Counted from the stretch's first letter, positions 38,925 to 52,257 are shown. The stretch is DNA of 64,000 bases from Eledone cirrhosa (GCA_964016885.1 OZ024756.1:27094001-27158000); one strand, 5' to 3'. Notes: generated by a model not told the origin, from the sequence alone. Made by a program: numbers and translations.

Positions 38925-39009
<85 letters not shown>

Positions 39010-39660
39010 CAAAAGTAATTGATTGAAAAATCAAAATTGGTCAAGTTAAGTTATGCTAACACAAAATCTTAAATTTCTTCTAGGCTTATATATAGTTAAG
39101 ACTTGAAAACCTTGATAATCGAAGATATTCTGCTTCAAATTTGTATTAAAACAACAAAATTATTCCCCCTATTCTCCCACCTAAACTCATCCTCAGTCCT
39201 ACAAAATACATTAATACAGAATGACTAGGTTGTCATTCCTGCATTGAAATTTTGCTTTTCTAGCAGATTTGCACAAGATCCCTTGGTCAAACACATGTAA
39301 TCAAATAGCCACATTGAAGCCAAGGAGGGCTTGACAAATCATGTCTTCAGTTATGGTGTGATATTAACACCAATTAAGGCATGATAAACACTAGAAACCA
39401 CTGGCAACATATATATATATATATCTTTATGAAGACATACATTTGAATAAATATAAAAACCTCATTGATCACTGACCACTCCCTGAAAAAAACAAAACAA
39501 CAAAAGAACTTTAAAGATTATTTATACACAGACTGTCTGCCCATATATGGACTATAGAGGAAACCAGCTAGATTCCCATTGCCCAAATACCAGCGCTCCA
39601 GTTCGGATCTAGCTGTTGAAATGGCCGGAGCTCAGCCATCGGGGTGGTCCTGAATTTTTT

Positions 39661-39698
<38 letters not shown>

Positions 39699-39769
39699 AT
39701 ATATATATATATGTATATATGTATATATATATATATATATGTAAATATATAGTGTAAAGAGATACTTAC

Positions 39770-39825
39770 GATTAGTTTGAAGTCGATCTCTTGCGACAGA
39801 ATGTCAAGGACAATTTTAAGAATAC
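39770..39825 (-). CDS. ITPR: ITPR-like exon ([19 protein letters not shown])
   Basis: ttcag/gtaag, 56 nt, phase 1-0. Confidence 0.9.
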
Positions 39826-40025
39826 CTGAATGTTGGTGATAGTAGAGGTATAAGTAGTTTTGGTGATGGCATTATTATTATTGTTGTTATTGTTGTTGTT
39901 GACGGCGATGGCGACAGCGTTGGTAATGGCAGGAATAGTAGTTTTGTGTATCGCAGGTTGGGAGGAGAAGAAATAAAATAATTATGAATAAAAACAAAGT
40001 ACACAATAAAAGACAGTTTGAAACA

Positions 40026-40251
40026 TTAACCCTTTAGCATTTCTATGACTCTCTCTATATATTATTGTATTTTTATGGTAAAAGCTGTATCTTACATAAC
40101 ATCTAATCTATGTATTTTGATGATATTTTAATGTTATTTATTTTGAGAACAATACCTTAACATCAGTGTGAGTGGCCAGTTACGACCAGTTTGAACAGAA
40201 AGTTGAGAGAATTCTGGCTGGATACAGTCAGTTTAAATGCCAAAGGGTTAA
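40026..40251. mobile_element. piggyBac-type MITE
   Basis: TTAA CCCTTTAGCATT ... AATGCCAAAGGG TTAA. Confidence 0.8.
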
Positions 40252-40959
40252 TGTAAAAATGAGACAGGATCATTGTACAGTTGATATCTATAAATATGGT
40301 GTATGTTTTGAAAAGAAGAGTGTATTGTAGCTAGCACAGTCAAACAGTATAGTTGGTTAGACTCTAGTTACCTGCATTATACCATCTGTAGCTGTGGTGA
40401 AAGGTCTTTAATTGACACTTGTTGGCTCTGTCTGCTTATCTGTTAAAAAGGTCACATGGATGGTGTCGTTTACCACTGTGAAGCGTGGAACAAACTACTG
40501 TTAGCTAATATTTCAATGAGTTTTAGTTTTCTTGCTCAGTCTACTTAACTGTAAATAGGGGCCTATTGAGAGTTCACTTTACTACTGTAAAGCGTTGAAC
40601 AAATTATGATTAGGAAATGTTTCAATGGGATTTTGTTCTCTGGCTCAGTCTATCTAACTGTAAATAGGGGCCTATAGAGAGTTCTCTTTATTGCTGGAGC
40701 ACATTTTAGTTGGTGAATATATTATTCACTTGTAGCATTTGACTCAGTCAACTAAACTGTGAATAGGTCTTCACTGTAAGAAATATACGGCAACACTGTT
40801 TAATTAATCAAGTAACCACACATTTTGTTAGGCCTGCAGAATTGTGTTCAAGTTTCAACTGAAAAACATTTGGAAGACAACAGGCATCAATGGCAGTGTA
40901 ATTTTATAAAGTCCACTCCAGATGGATGATAGGATAAACGAGGGTTCCACATTATTTAG

Positions 40960-41148
40960 GTGAATTGGCAGTATCAGTAGAGGGTCAAATGCCAAGCTTT
41001 GACGCATAGAGTTACGGCCCTTGCCATTCTGAGTTCAAATCCCACCGAGGTTAACTTTGCCTTTCATCCTTACGGGGTCGATAAGATAAAGTACCAGCAA
41101 TGAACTGGGTTAATTGCTGGCCTTGTGCTAAAAGTAGACACAATTATC
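40960..41148 (+). mobile_element. tRNA-derived SINE, plus orientation (others near 4690, 6120, 8510, 32015)
   Basis: A/B boxes and core read directly on + strand. Confidence 0.88.
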
Positions 41149-41567
41149 TATGTTTTGTTCAATGATATTTAACGTTCAATTATAATTAGTTATGACTAAT
41201 TAATTATCAATACATCTAGGCAACTTCTTCAGTATATAACTACCATATATCAATGTGTCAGTAAGATCTGTGTATAAACCAGTCTACATTTAGAGCAGGC
41301 CTAGGGTTACATCAGATCTACAGATCTATATTGAGACAAATGTAAGGCAGCGCGTGGGCCCCCAATTGCTCATAATAGCGAAAGATGGGGAGAGCTGGAG
41401 AGACGGAGGTAGTGACAGTGGGAGTTTGGTTTCTTTGTGTTCGGATCTGGTGTTTATGTTTCACAGACACATTCACATCTGTTATAATATAATCATTACC
41501 ACAAATTTAGAGCAGATGTGGAATCTGACTATCAGACCAATAGAGAGCTAGAGAATTGAAGCCTTAC

Positions 41568-41635
41568 CGTGACTGATCATAATGTTTTGATTCATGTAAT
41601 GTGGCTCTTCCGGTGTTTTTGGTAAATGACAAAAC
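41568..41635 (-). CDS. ITPR: ITPR-like exon (FCHLPKTPEEPHYMNQNIMISH)
   Basis: tccag/gtaag, 68 nt, phase 2-1. Confidence 0.9.
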
Positions 41636-42128
41636 CTGGAAAACAAAAGTACATATATATATATATATATATATAAATATATATGGATTCACCGAACATT
41701 TATTATAATGCTCGGTGTGTTTGTAAACAAACATCCCGTATTAAGCCGTAGTGTCCAGCAACCATCGTTGCTCGTTTGTTCAATGAAATTTCGTTTCATT
41801 TTTTGCGTTTATAAATATATAATTGAATATAAAAGAGAGATAAACACAGTGTTCAAATCGTAAGGGACCAGATTCGCTTTGTATTTCTTTTATATATCGG
41901 TTTGTATTTCTTTTCTTAATTTATTCTTTTAAATTGAGTCTGGCAAACCCTATTATCCATAGTTACTATTTTTTTCACCCTAGCGAATCTGGTCCCTTAC
42001 GATTTGAACACACATATGTATATATCTGTGTTTATCTCTCTTTTATATTCAATTATATTACACGGCCTGGAAAAATCTCTTTCCTTGAGCTATTTAATTG
42101 TAAGAGACTATTTTTAGTTTCTAACTCA

Positions 42129-42192
<64 letters not shown>

Positions 42193-43190
42193 TATATTAT
42201 ATTTTGAGATAAAACTCTCAGTCGTTTACAATAAATCAGCTCCAAGAAAGGGGCATTTCCGAGCAGTTAAAAATACATTAATATATATGATAAACACAAA
42301 ACGTGTTTGCATTGCAACAGACAAAGTTAGCTATCAATGAAATAAACTAATTAAAGTGAATACAATTTGTCTGTCTCGATATAAATCAATAAAGACAAGC
42401 TTATATTGGCAAAGGCCGTGATTCCTGGACAAATTTAAATTTCAAAATCCAAACCCGCTCCATAGATGAATTTGAACTTCGAAACCCAAATATGTTTCGC
42501 AACGATGGTACATGAATTGAAAAATAAAGAGAATCGAAATGGAAATTAGTTTATTTCATTGATAGCTAACTTTGTCTGTTGCAATGCAAACACGTTTTGT
42601 GTTTATCATATATATATATATATATGTATATATATTATTAGAAATGTAAGCTAGAAAATATTCTTACATATATATATATATATATATAGTTAATATTGAA
42701 CCAAAGATAAAAGTTGTATAAATTGCTGATGTACAAACACATTAGTTAGTAATTGTTTCTACTTTTGGCACAAGGCCAGCAATTATCCCAGTACATTACT
42801 GGTACTTTATTTTATCGACCCCGTAAGGATGAAAGGCAAAGTTAACCTCGGCGGGATTTGAACTCAGAATGGCAAGGGCCGTAACTCTATGTGTCAAAGC
42901 ATGGCGTCCGACCCTCTACCGATACTGCCAATCCACCACCCTTAGTTAATAATGTAAGAAATAGTGAGAGAATCTAAAATGCGTGTGAGAAATATAGTGT
43001 TTAAAAGTAATGAAAGAAATATTAGCTAAAAGTGTGTGGTAGGCAGTATACCATAAGTATGATATGATTGTTAATTAAAACTTTGAGAGAGACAAGTAAT
43101 TTCTCATATGTACAAGAGAAAGATAAATATATACGTTAGTAATAAGGTTTAAAAGTTAACAACAATATGTAATGAAATAGATAAACTAAC

Positions 43191-43324
43191 TCAGCCAGTT
43201 CATCGAGGATCTTGCTCATAAGCTTCACTTGTTGGTCATTCAGTTTGGCTCGGGATAATCGTCTCAGGATAGGTAAGGCACGTTGTACTTCTCTGTGCAC
43301 ACGGGCAGAATCTTGGGTCAGAAC
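43191..43324 (-). CDS. ITPR: ITPR-like exon (VLTQDSARVHREV...ILDELA)
   Basis: aacag/gttagt, 134 nt, phase 0-2. Confidence 0.9.
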
Positions 43325-43461
43325 CTGTTTCAATTTTCAAATATATAAAAAGCAAAATGTTACTCTTTGTTAACGATTGTTAAAGATTAATTTCCTCCCA
43401 CTATACTCCAAATTAAATTTCTGAAAATTGAAATGTAAAATGTAAAATATCTGAAAGTTAC

Positions 43462-43569
43462 CAAAGCTTGGGATGCTAGTTTGAACATGTCATCTTGTGA
43501 GGAATACATCTTATTCATGATATCAAGTGCTTTAATTACCATCTGGTCATATTTGTAGTTGGAGAGATC
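43462..43569 (-). CDS. ITPR: ITPR-like exon (DLSNYKYDQMVIKAL...SQAL)
   Basis: tacag/gtaac, 108 nt, phase 0-0. Confidence 0.9.
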
Positions 43570-44008
43570 CTGTAAGAAGAGAAACACGTGTGAGGCTATC
43601 AATACTTTTGTTTAGAAAAATGCTAAGAGAAATAATTCTTTCTATTTTTGGCACAAGGCCAGCAATTACCCCAGTGTATTACTGGTGCTTTATTTTATCG
43701 ACCCTGTAAGGGTGAAAGGCAAAGTTAACCTCGGTGCGATTTGAACTCAGAATGTAAAGGCTCATAAAAACAATATTATAGAATGAAGGTATAACTGGAG
43801 TTTAATAAAACAAACACGAAAGGAGATTATAAAGTGCTATAAAGAAAGGATGGAATGGGCATGGCTGGAACGCCTTTAGTCATAGTTTTGCTCCTTCAAA
43901 TTTAAGATGAGGCTAAAAAAATGATAACAACAAAAAAAAAAAGAAGAAAAACGATGGTTCGCTTTCCTACAGTCCTAACACAACCTTCAATATCAATGAG
44001 TCACTTAC

Positions 44009-44108
44009 CAACAAAATGGCAGTTGTATCTTCAATGTTGAATATGGTTGAATTATGAAACATCTCTCGAATTTCTCGTATTAATTCCTTTTGCTTCTTCA
44101 AACTTTTT
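44009..44108 (-). CDS. ITPR: ITPR-like exon (KSLKKQKELIREIREMF...TAILL)
   Basis: ttcag/gtaag, 100 nt, phase 2-0. Confidence 0.9.
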
Positions 44109-44284
44109 CTGAAGAAAAAGTGAAAACGAGTGAATTATAAAACAATATTTTCTTTGTCAGAAAAAGTTCACCAAGTTTATGAACACAAACACTACTAAAA
44201 TATGGCTTTAGATTGAATAGGTGTGGTTTTAACAATATAATTCCAAATCCATTGATATTTATAATTGAAGACCACATTTAAACA

Positions 44285-44508
44285 TTAACCCTTTAGCATT
44301 TAAACCAGCCGTATCAAGCCTGAATTCTTTCACCTCTTTCTTAACTGGCCACTCATACTGATGTTAAGGTATTGTTCTCAAAATAAATAATATAAAAATC
44401 TCATAGATTTGATATTATGTGAGATAATTATATGAGGTAAAGCCTTTACCACAAAACTACAATAGTATATATAGTATATATAGAGTAATGTAAATGCTAA
44501 AGGGTTAA
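44285..44508. mobile_element. piggyBac-type MITE (opposite orientation)
   Basis: TTAA CCCTTTAGCATTTA ... TAAATGCTAAAGGG TTAA. Confidence 0.82.
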
Positions 44509-44912
44509 CTGAATGAACACTCAATACTTGTGGTAGAAAAATTAACTGTGACTTCAAAGTTTCAGCTTTGTTGCTTGATCTGGCTGAGTCAAGTGATGGG
44601 ATCGAACTTGTTAAATTGATTTATATATAATGATTTCTTATACAGGCTCAAGGCCAGTAATTTGGGGGACGGGGAAAGTCGATTAAATCAACCCCAGTAC
44701 GTTACTGATACTTTATTTTATCGACCCCGTAAGGATGAAAGGCAACGTTAACCTCGGCGGGATTTGAACTCAAACCGTAAAGGGACATGCTGCAAAGCAT
44801 GGTGTCCGACTCTCTACTGATACTGCCGATCCTAATGATAATAGTAGTTGTCTATTTAAAAGTAAAAGTTGCATTACTTAGGCCTAATAAATACAGTGTT
44901 TTAGTGCCTTAC

Positions 44913-45022
44913 TTGCTTTGGTCTTGAGGGTTGTAAGTTTCGTAAAGCAACGGCTCCATGTTGTTTTGATACTTTTTCTTGCCTGCTTGTGTCTCAGTGT
45001 TTTTGAATTTGGTCACAAAAGC
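44913..45022 (-). CDS. ITPR: ITPR-like exon (AFVTKFKNTETQ...NPQDQS)
   Basis: ttcag/gtaag, 110 nt, phase 0-2. Confidence 0.88.
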
Positions 45023-45188
45023 CTGAATGTATCAGAAGAACAAATAAGAGAAGTGTTATAACGATGTAAGGAGTGGATTTCTACTCACATTAGTACATGT
45101 TACATTGAGTCCATAATTAATTTATGTGTGGTGAAGGAGAAATAGAAGTAAAGGGGACATAAACACATTTCTTCAAATCTTCCATCAT

Positions 45189-45254
<66 letters not shown>

Positions 45255-45330
45255 AGCTGGATTTCTGATTTCTGATATATATATATTAAACTGCAAACAA
45301 TGAATTAAATTCTGGGAATACAATACTCAC

Positions 45331-45385
45331 TTTAAGGCGTATGTTTCGTTGATATGTAAAGAGTAAATCAAGGACATCCATTGCT
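45331..45385 (-). CDS. ITPR: ITPR-like exon (AMDVLDLLFTYQRNIRLK)
   Basis: tgcag/gtgagt, 55 nt, phase 2-0. Confidence 0.9.
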
Positions 45386-45456
45386 CTGCAGAGAAAAAAT
45401 TATTTAAGAAAAATTCAGATTTACACCTGTTTCGTCATTTGGAAGATTACGATAAA

Positions 45457-45531
<75 letters not shown>

Positions 45532-45872
45532 ACTCTCTTTCTCTTTGAATGCATATATATATAAATACACAAATATATATACAAACACATGCTCCCCCAC
45601 ACACACAAATACATATATAAGTGTGTGTGTGTGCATATATATATATATATGTATAGTATTAATTATACTATTTATGGTTATGTAAATACAAAAGCCTTTT
45701 GCAGTTATATATATTTTTATACAAACCCTAAATAGTGGTAGGCAGTAATATATTACTACCTTATTACCAGTAAGTTAAGTAGCTCAATGTAAAAACATCA
45801 GATGATTTACAGAGCAGTTATATGAAATATGGGTGAAAAGGAGGTCATATAAGTGTTCATTCATTAATAAAT

Positions 45873-45919
45873 TGCTCCGAAGAATCCAAACCTCGGTTTG
45901 GAGGAAACAGTTGTAAGCA
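45873..45919 (+). ncRNA. Type-I hammerhead ribozyme, U4C core
   Basis: TGCT CCGAAGA A TCCAAAC CTCG GTTTGGA G GAA ACAGTTGT A AGCA. Confidence 0.72.
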
Positions 45920-46097
45920 TAAAAATGTTTTGAACAGTTCTTTGATTCTTATATTTCATATATTTCATATATATGTATATATATATATAATATATATATT
46001 TATATATATATATATATATATATACATATGTATATATATATATATATATATATATTAGACAGTTGACCTCCTGCCGTTAAAACAGCTAATTCCAAAC

Positions 46098-46640
46098 TCA
46101 TAGTTGTATATCTAAAACATTTCATAGTTGTATATCTAGAATATTTCATAGTTGTATATCTAAAATATTTCATAGTTGTATATCTAAAACATTTCATAGT
46201 TGTATATCTAGAATATTTCATAGTTGTATATCTAAAATATTTCATAGTTGTATATCTAAAACATTTCATAGTTGTATATCTAGAATATTTCATAGTTGTA
46301 TATCTAAAATATTTCATAGTTGTATATCTAAAATATTTCATAGTTGTATATCTAGAATATTTCATAGTTGTATATCTAAAATATTTCATAGTTATCTAAA
46401 ATATTTCATAGTTGTATATCTAAAGTATTTCATAGTTGTATATCTAACATATTCTATAGTTATATATTTAAAATATTTCATAGTTATATATCTAAAATAT
46501 TTCATAGTTATATAGCTAAAATATTTCATAGTTGTATATCTAAAATATTTCATAGTTGTATATCTAAAATATTTCACAGCGGTATATCTAAAGTATTTCA
46601 TAGTGGTATATCCAAAGTATTTCATAGTTGTATATTTAAA
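46098..46640. repeat. 24-bp minisatellite, ~22 copies (TTTCATAGTTGTATATCTAAAATA)
   Basis: Direct reading; gives MKYFRYTT repeats in ORF track. Confidence 0.95.
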
Positions 46641-46779
46641 CAACCAATTCGAGTGATAGATATGGAAAGTGTCAATCAATCAACATTCAATAAGAAATAT
46701 GTAATAGTAATACTGGAAGGAGTGTTTGAGGACTTTGCTTCAGCATGACCCCCTCAGGAATAAGTGGATGAAGAGGAAA

Positions 46780-47090
46780 TAGTAAAAGAAGACGAAGACA
46801 AAGAAGAAAAAGATGAAAAGAAAAAGAAAAAAGAAAAAGAAAAAAAAGAAAAAGGAAATAGCAGAAAAAAGATGAAAAAAATAAAAAAAATAAAAAAGAA
46901 GAAAAAGAAAAAAAGGACAAAGAAAAAAGAAAAAAAAGAAAAAAAGAAAGAAAAAAAGAAAAAAAGAAGAAAAAGAAAAAGAAAAAGAAAAAGAAAAAGA
47001 AGAAAAGAAAACAAGAAAAAAAAAGAAAAAGAAAAAGAAAAAGAAAAAGAAAAAGAAAAAGAAAAAGAAAGAAAAAGAAAAAAAAAAGTA
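46780..47090. repeat. Purine-only (GAAAAA)n-like low-complexity tract
   Basis: Direct reading. Confidence 0.95.
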
Positions 47091-47111
47091 AAATGTCTTC
47101 TCATTACGAAC

Positions 47112-47211
47112 TGGAATTTGGCATCAACTATAGCTTCTGTTTCCACAGACTTCTCGTATCTTCCTTCAAGCCGATAATGGTTTACAAGTTTTTGTGATTC
47201 CTTTGAATAAC
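47112..47211 (-). CDS. ITPR: ITPR-like exon (GYSKESQKLV...AIVDAKFQ)
   Basis: aag/gttcgt, 100 nt, phase 1-2. Confidence 0.85.
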
Positions 47212-47809
47212 CTTTTCCGAATATAAAAAAAATAAACCAAGAATGATAACAATATTTAGTTTTAGTGTCTTGACCTCTTCATTTCTTAATGAAACAACAA
47301 CAACAATGTTTTATTTTGGTGAAAATAATTCAAGAAAGAGTGACAGGTAGAAAATTTAAAGAATCCAGAGTACCTTTACCATAAAAGTCATAGAATAGAA
47401 CCATTTTCTCTCCTTGGCATATTTACCTTTTCATACATCATGTAATACATACCATAATAACAGCTTACCTTTTTAAATAAAAAAAAACCCCCAAAACGTC
47501 ACATTAGTAAAACGTCTTTTCTACCCAAAATACCAACTATGAGACATTGTGGTCTGGTTGCAAATATATTTTTTCTTTACTTACCTCAAGTAAGGCAATA
47601 AAGCCACTAAAATGCAAGGGGTTACGTTACTGAGAAGGGAGAAGGACAAGACCGAGAGAACATAATTGTGTGTGTATATATATAAATATATATATATGTG
47701 TGTGCGTGTGTGTGTGCTATCGAAAAACCACTCCTTCAACTATTCTTCTAACAACTTCACCCCTCCCTCCTAATATTCTCTATAAAAACTAAATAGGTCC
47801 TCAGTAATA

Positions 47810-47929
47810 TTATTCTGATGAAATGACAGTAAATAATAACATTGAAATATTGAATGTCTGCATAACTAAAAGTTTGTAGATAGCAGCTGTTTTAGGTTAT
47901 GTAACTGTTATAGAAACACGTGTCAATAA
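47810..47929 (+). ncRNA. Type-I hammerhead ribozyme with 73-nt loop II
   Basis: TTATT CTGATGA A ATGACAGT ...73 nt... ACTGTTAT A GAA ACACGTGT C AATAA. Confidence 0.75.
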
Positions 47930-47963
47930 ATTCCTTTCAACTAAACTGTATCCATTCAAATCT

Positions 47964-48013
<50 letters not shown>

Positions 48014-48657
48014 TAAAAGTGACAAAGGTGCTGTGTGATTACTAATAACTGTTATTTAGAAAACGTAAGAGATACACAAACACAAGGACAATTCCCGTTC
48101 TTCGGCTGACTGCTGTGGGACGCTGACACCTAAGTGAAATCCTTCTGATTTTTTTACCCCAACTTTTCAGTCGTAATTTATCTTTCTATCGTTTTTACGA
48201 TCAAGGAAAACGTATACGATTTCTGAAGAAACAAATCAAAACAACCTGAGTTACCGCCCTTTTGTTTTAATGTGGGCACGAATGTAAATTAGCGCTTGCT
48301 GTTGATGAGCCATATCTCATGCGGCCCAATTTTCGAAAAAGGTTGCCCATGCCGGCAAGAGACCAAATCAACAGAGAAGATACCGAAAACCAAGGAAAGG
48401 AAACAAATAAGAATGACAAAATTCTACACCCATATTTCCAAATATGTGCAGTGAGAAATATGAAAAGCGATTACCAAAGTACGTCTCGGTTGTTCTACGT
48501 CGAATTACTGATGATGCGCGCCGGTTCCATTTCTTTGCATTAGATTCTAAAAAAATACACCAGTGTCTTCTCAACAATAATTTACCTTTTATTAAATAAC
48601 CAAACATATTTTACGTGGAAGAAAGGAGCACATTTCAAGATTTATATAGGAAATACT

Positions 48658-48712
<55 letters not shown>

Positions 48713-48858
48713 GGTGTCACCAAAATATGTAAACACATTTTGATCAGAATGTTTTTGAAGTATGCATACGTTTTGGGGACACCCTATATGTATAAAATAT
48801 ATATACACACACAGGGTGTCCCCAAAATGTATACAAACTTCAACAGCATTCGAATCAA

Positions 48859-48957
<99 letters not shown>

Positions 48958-48978
48958 GTATGTGTATATATATATATG

Positions 48979-49044
<66 letters not shown>

Positions 49045-49200
49045 TAACGAAGGAAATGTGGTAAGTAACCAGGTGGACCATAACGCACCAAAGTACTCAA
49101 TACTTAGGGTAGTAGAGTGGGTAATAGGAACAAGTAAGACCCCGACGACTGAATTAGCCGTCGAAACGGCTTGAGCTCAGCCGTCGGGGTCTTACTTGTT

Positions 49201-49259
<59 letters not shown>

Positions 49260-49408
49260 GTATATATATATATACATGTACGAGGGTCGACTGAAAATTT
49301 CATAGGCTGACTATGAAGGGTAATGCTAGGGCTGTGAAATCTTGCTACCGTCGCATATGTAAATACAGATTTGAATTCGAAAAGGTCTCTGGCGCTATTC
49401 TAACTAAC

Positions 49409-49562
49409 CTTTCCGTCTTTCCTTGTCTTTGACTTTATCTTCGGGAAATGGAATGTCATGGCGACCGTCTAATAAACTAAGAAGTGGCTGCATGAGTTGT
49501 TTTACATCCTCCATGTCCATGTAGTAACCAAACTTCACCAAATAGTGCAGTAACCGCAACAC
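49409..49562 (-). CDS. ITPR: ITPR-like exon (VLRLLHYLVKFGYY...LLDGRHD)
   Basis: tgtcag/gttagt, 154 nt, phase 0-1; resembles ITPR1 VVNLARNLIYFGFY. Confidence 0.92.
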
Positions 49563-49746
49563 CTGACAAAACAGAAAATATATTTTAAAAAGAAATTGAT
49601 ATTAAATGAAAAATACAAGTTAAATGAGAGAAAACTAAATTGGATGGGTGTTCTGCTGATCGGGGCTGGGTTTATGGAAATACAAGGGTTGGCTAAAAAG
49701 TTTATAAGCTGACTATAGAGGAGTGATACTGCCAATAATAATAATA

Positions 49747-50722
49747 ATTGTTTCTACTTTAGGCACAAGGCCAGCAAATACCCAGTGCATTACTGGTACT
49801 TTATTTTATCGACCCCGTAAGGATGAAAGGCAAAGTCAACCTCGGCGGGATTTGAACTCAGATCGTAAAGGGACGTAACTATGCTGGAAAGCATGGCGTC
49901 CGACCCTCTACCGATACTGCCAATCTACCGCCCCTAATAATTATAATAATGGTTTCATATATAGGCACAAGGTCAGCAATTTTGGGGTAGAGTAAAGTTG
50001 ATTAAATCCACCCCAGTATATTATTGGTACTTTATTTTATCGACCCCCGTAAGGATGAGAGGCAAAGATAACCTCGGCGGGATTTGAACGCAGAACATAA
50101 AGGGTCGAAACTCTATGCTGCAAAGCATGGCGCCCGACGCTCTACCGATACTGCCAATCCACCACCGTAATAATAATAATAATGATTTCTAGTATAGGCA
50201 CAAAGACTGTAATTTGGGGGGAGGGGAAAGTCGATTAAATCGACGCCAGTGTATTACTGGTACTTTATTTTATCGACCCTGTAAGGATGAAAGGCAAAGC
50301 TAACCCCGGCGGGATTTGGACTCAGATCATAAAGGGCCGTAACTCTATGCTGCAAAGCACCGTGTCCGACCCTCTACCGAGACTGCCAATCCACCGCCCT
50401 AATATAATAATTGTTTCTATTTTAGGCACAAGGCCAGCAATTACCCAGTACATTACTGGTACTTTATTTCATCGACCCCGTAAGGATGAAAGGCAAAGTT
50501 AACCTTGGCGGGATTTGAACTCAGATCATAAAGGGACGTAACTCTACGCTTCAAAACATGGCGTCCGACTCTCTACCGATACTGCCAATCCACCGATAAT
50601 AATTGTTTCTACTATTGGCACAAGACCAGCAATCACCCAGTGCATTACTGGTACTTTATTTTATCAACCCCGTAAGGATGAAAGGCAAAGTTAACCTCGG
50701 CGGGATTTGAACTCAGAATGGC
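49747..50722 (-). mobile_element. Head-to-tail cluster of five tRNA-derived SINE copies
   Basis: Each copy on minus strand: A box TGGCAGTATCGG, B box GAGTTCAAATCC, core GCCTTTCATCCTTACGGGGTCGATAAAATAAAGTACCAG, (ATT)n tail. Confidence 0.9.
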
Positions 50723-50890
50723 AGAATAGCTATTATTATTATCCACCGATAATAATAATAGCTAGTGTGGAAGATGGACATTAAACGATGATGATGATGA
50801 TAATGATGAATATAATATAATAATAAGAAGAATAAAAAGAAAAAAAAGAACAAAAAAGAAAAACTGTCAATTTGTGGCAGATGCACTTAC

Positions 50891-51007
50891 TTGTTCAATT
50901 AAAAGGTTGTGACCCACTAAAGAGGCCGTCATGATGCAATTTAGAGCTAAGAAATCAGCTAACCAATCTCTCAGGACTGGGAATATTGTTACCAAGTCTT
51001 TCACTAT
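50891..51007 (-). CDS. ITPR: ITPR-like exon (IVKDLVTIFPVLRDWL...GHNLLIEQ)
   Basis: ttcag/gtaag, 117 nt, phase 0-0. Confidence 0.88.
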
Positions 51008-51061
51008 CTGAATACAGAGAAACACACAACAAAATAAATACAAGAAAAGTTAAATAAATAA

Positions 51062-51320
51062 TTGTTTCTACTTTAGGCACAAGGCCAGCAATTATTCCAG
51101 TGCATTACTGGTACTTTATTTTATCGACCCCGTAAGGATGAAAGGCAAAGTCAACCTCGGCGGGATTTGAACTCAGATCGTAAAGGGACGTAACTATGCT
51201 GGAAAGCATGGCGTCCGACCCTCTACTGATACTGCCAATCCACCACCCTAAATAAATAATTGTTTCTACATTTGGCACAAGGCCAGCAATTACCCAGTGC
51301 ATTACTGGTACTTTATTTTA
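51062..51320 (-). mobile_element. tRNA-derived SINE copy plus 3' fragment
   Basis: Same family as 49747-50722. Confidence 0.9.
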
Positions 51321-52257
51321 TGAAAGGCAAATAATGATTGAAATAATAACAACAAAAACCAAAAACAGATAAATCATGACAAGAGATTTTGATGAAACTA
51401 ATTTATTATATATTGTAACATAACACAAAGACATAATTACGTAAAGATATATTATATGAACACATACACATATACATACACGCACAGAAACAGAGGCATA
51501 CACATTACAGTCTATAAAGTATTTGGACCAAGCTTAATTATATAATCAACATTATGTGGTGAATTATCTCACTAATTTTTTAGCTATTGTCATTCGAGAT
51601 CTTAATGTGTCTTGCAAGACCAACGATTTGCATTCGGAAAGTTTCTCTTCAAGGCGCATGCGCGGGCGATCATTTTGTGGAAGATCAGCAATAGAAGGTC
51701 CCCTATATATCGGCCAAGGGAAAGCCAAGGACCAAAAGTGGACCCATGGCACCAGAATTGTCAGAAAGTAATGTTAGAACGCCAAGGACTAAAACAATTC
51801 CTTGGTACCAGTGTTGTCAGAAAGTAATCTTAGAACGCCAAGGACCAAGAGCGATATTGTAAAGCATCCAGAAAATGCTCTAACAACTCTGCAAATCCAA
51901 CACCATCGACTCTACGCTGCAGTGCATGGTGTCTGATGCTCTACCGATATTGCCAATCCACCACCCTACAATAATATTAATAATAATTTTTTTTTTTTTG
52001 TAAATAATCGAACAATCTTATATGATTGATTATAATTCTGTTGTTAATTTGATTTTAAACAGATAATGTGCATATTTTTAAAGCAAATTATATAGTTATA
52101 ACTGTGTAAAGTGTGTGGCATGAATAATCTGGTGTGTTTATTTTTGTGGCTCATCAATGTATGTAGTGAGTTCCTTTGCCCTGGGTGTCGGGAAGATACC
52201 CAGCAAGGAATAGAAATAAGTCTGAAGGAAAATGAAAAACATAAATGATAATGATAA

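Noticed and set aside
46000-46679. MKYFRYTT repeat ORFs / CRISPR-like periodicity
   Set aside because: Spacerless 24-bp minisatellite in eukaryotic intron
46754-47177. Lys/Glu-rich and Phe/Ser-rich ORFs
   Set aside because: Low-complexity purine tract; only 47112-47211 is a real exon
49747-49934. tRNA gene
   Set aside because: A/B boxes belong to SINE heads; no cloverleaf
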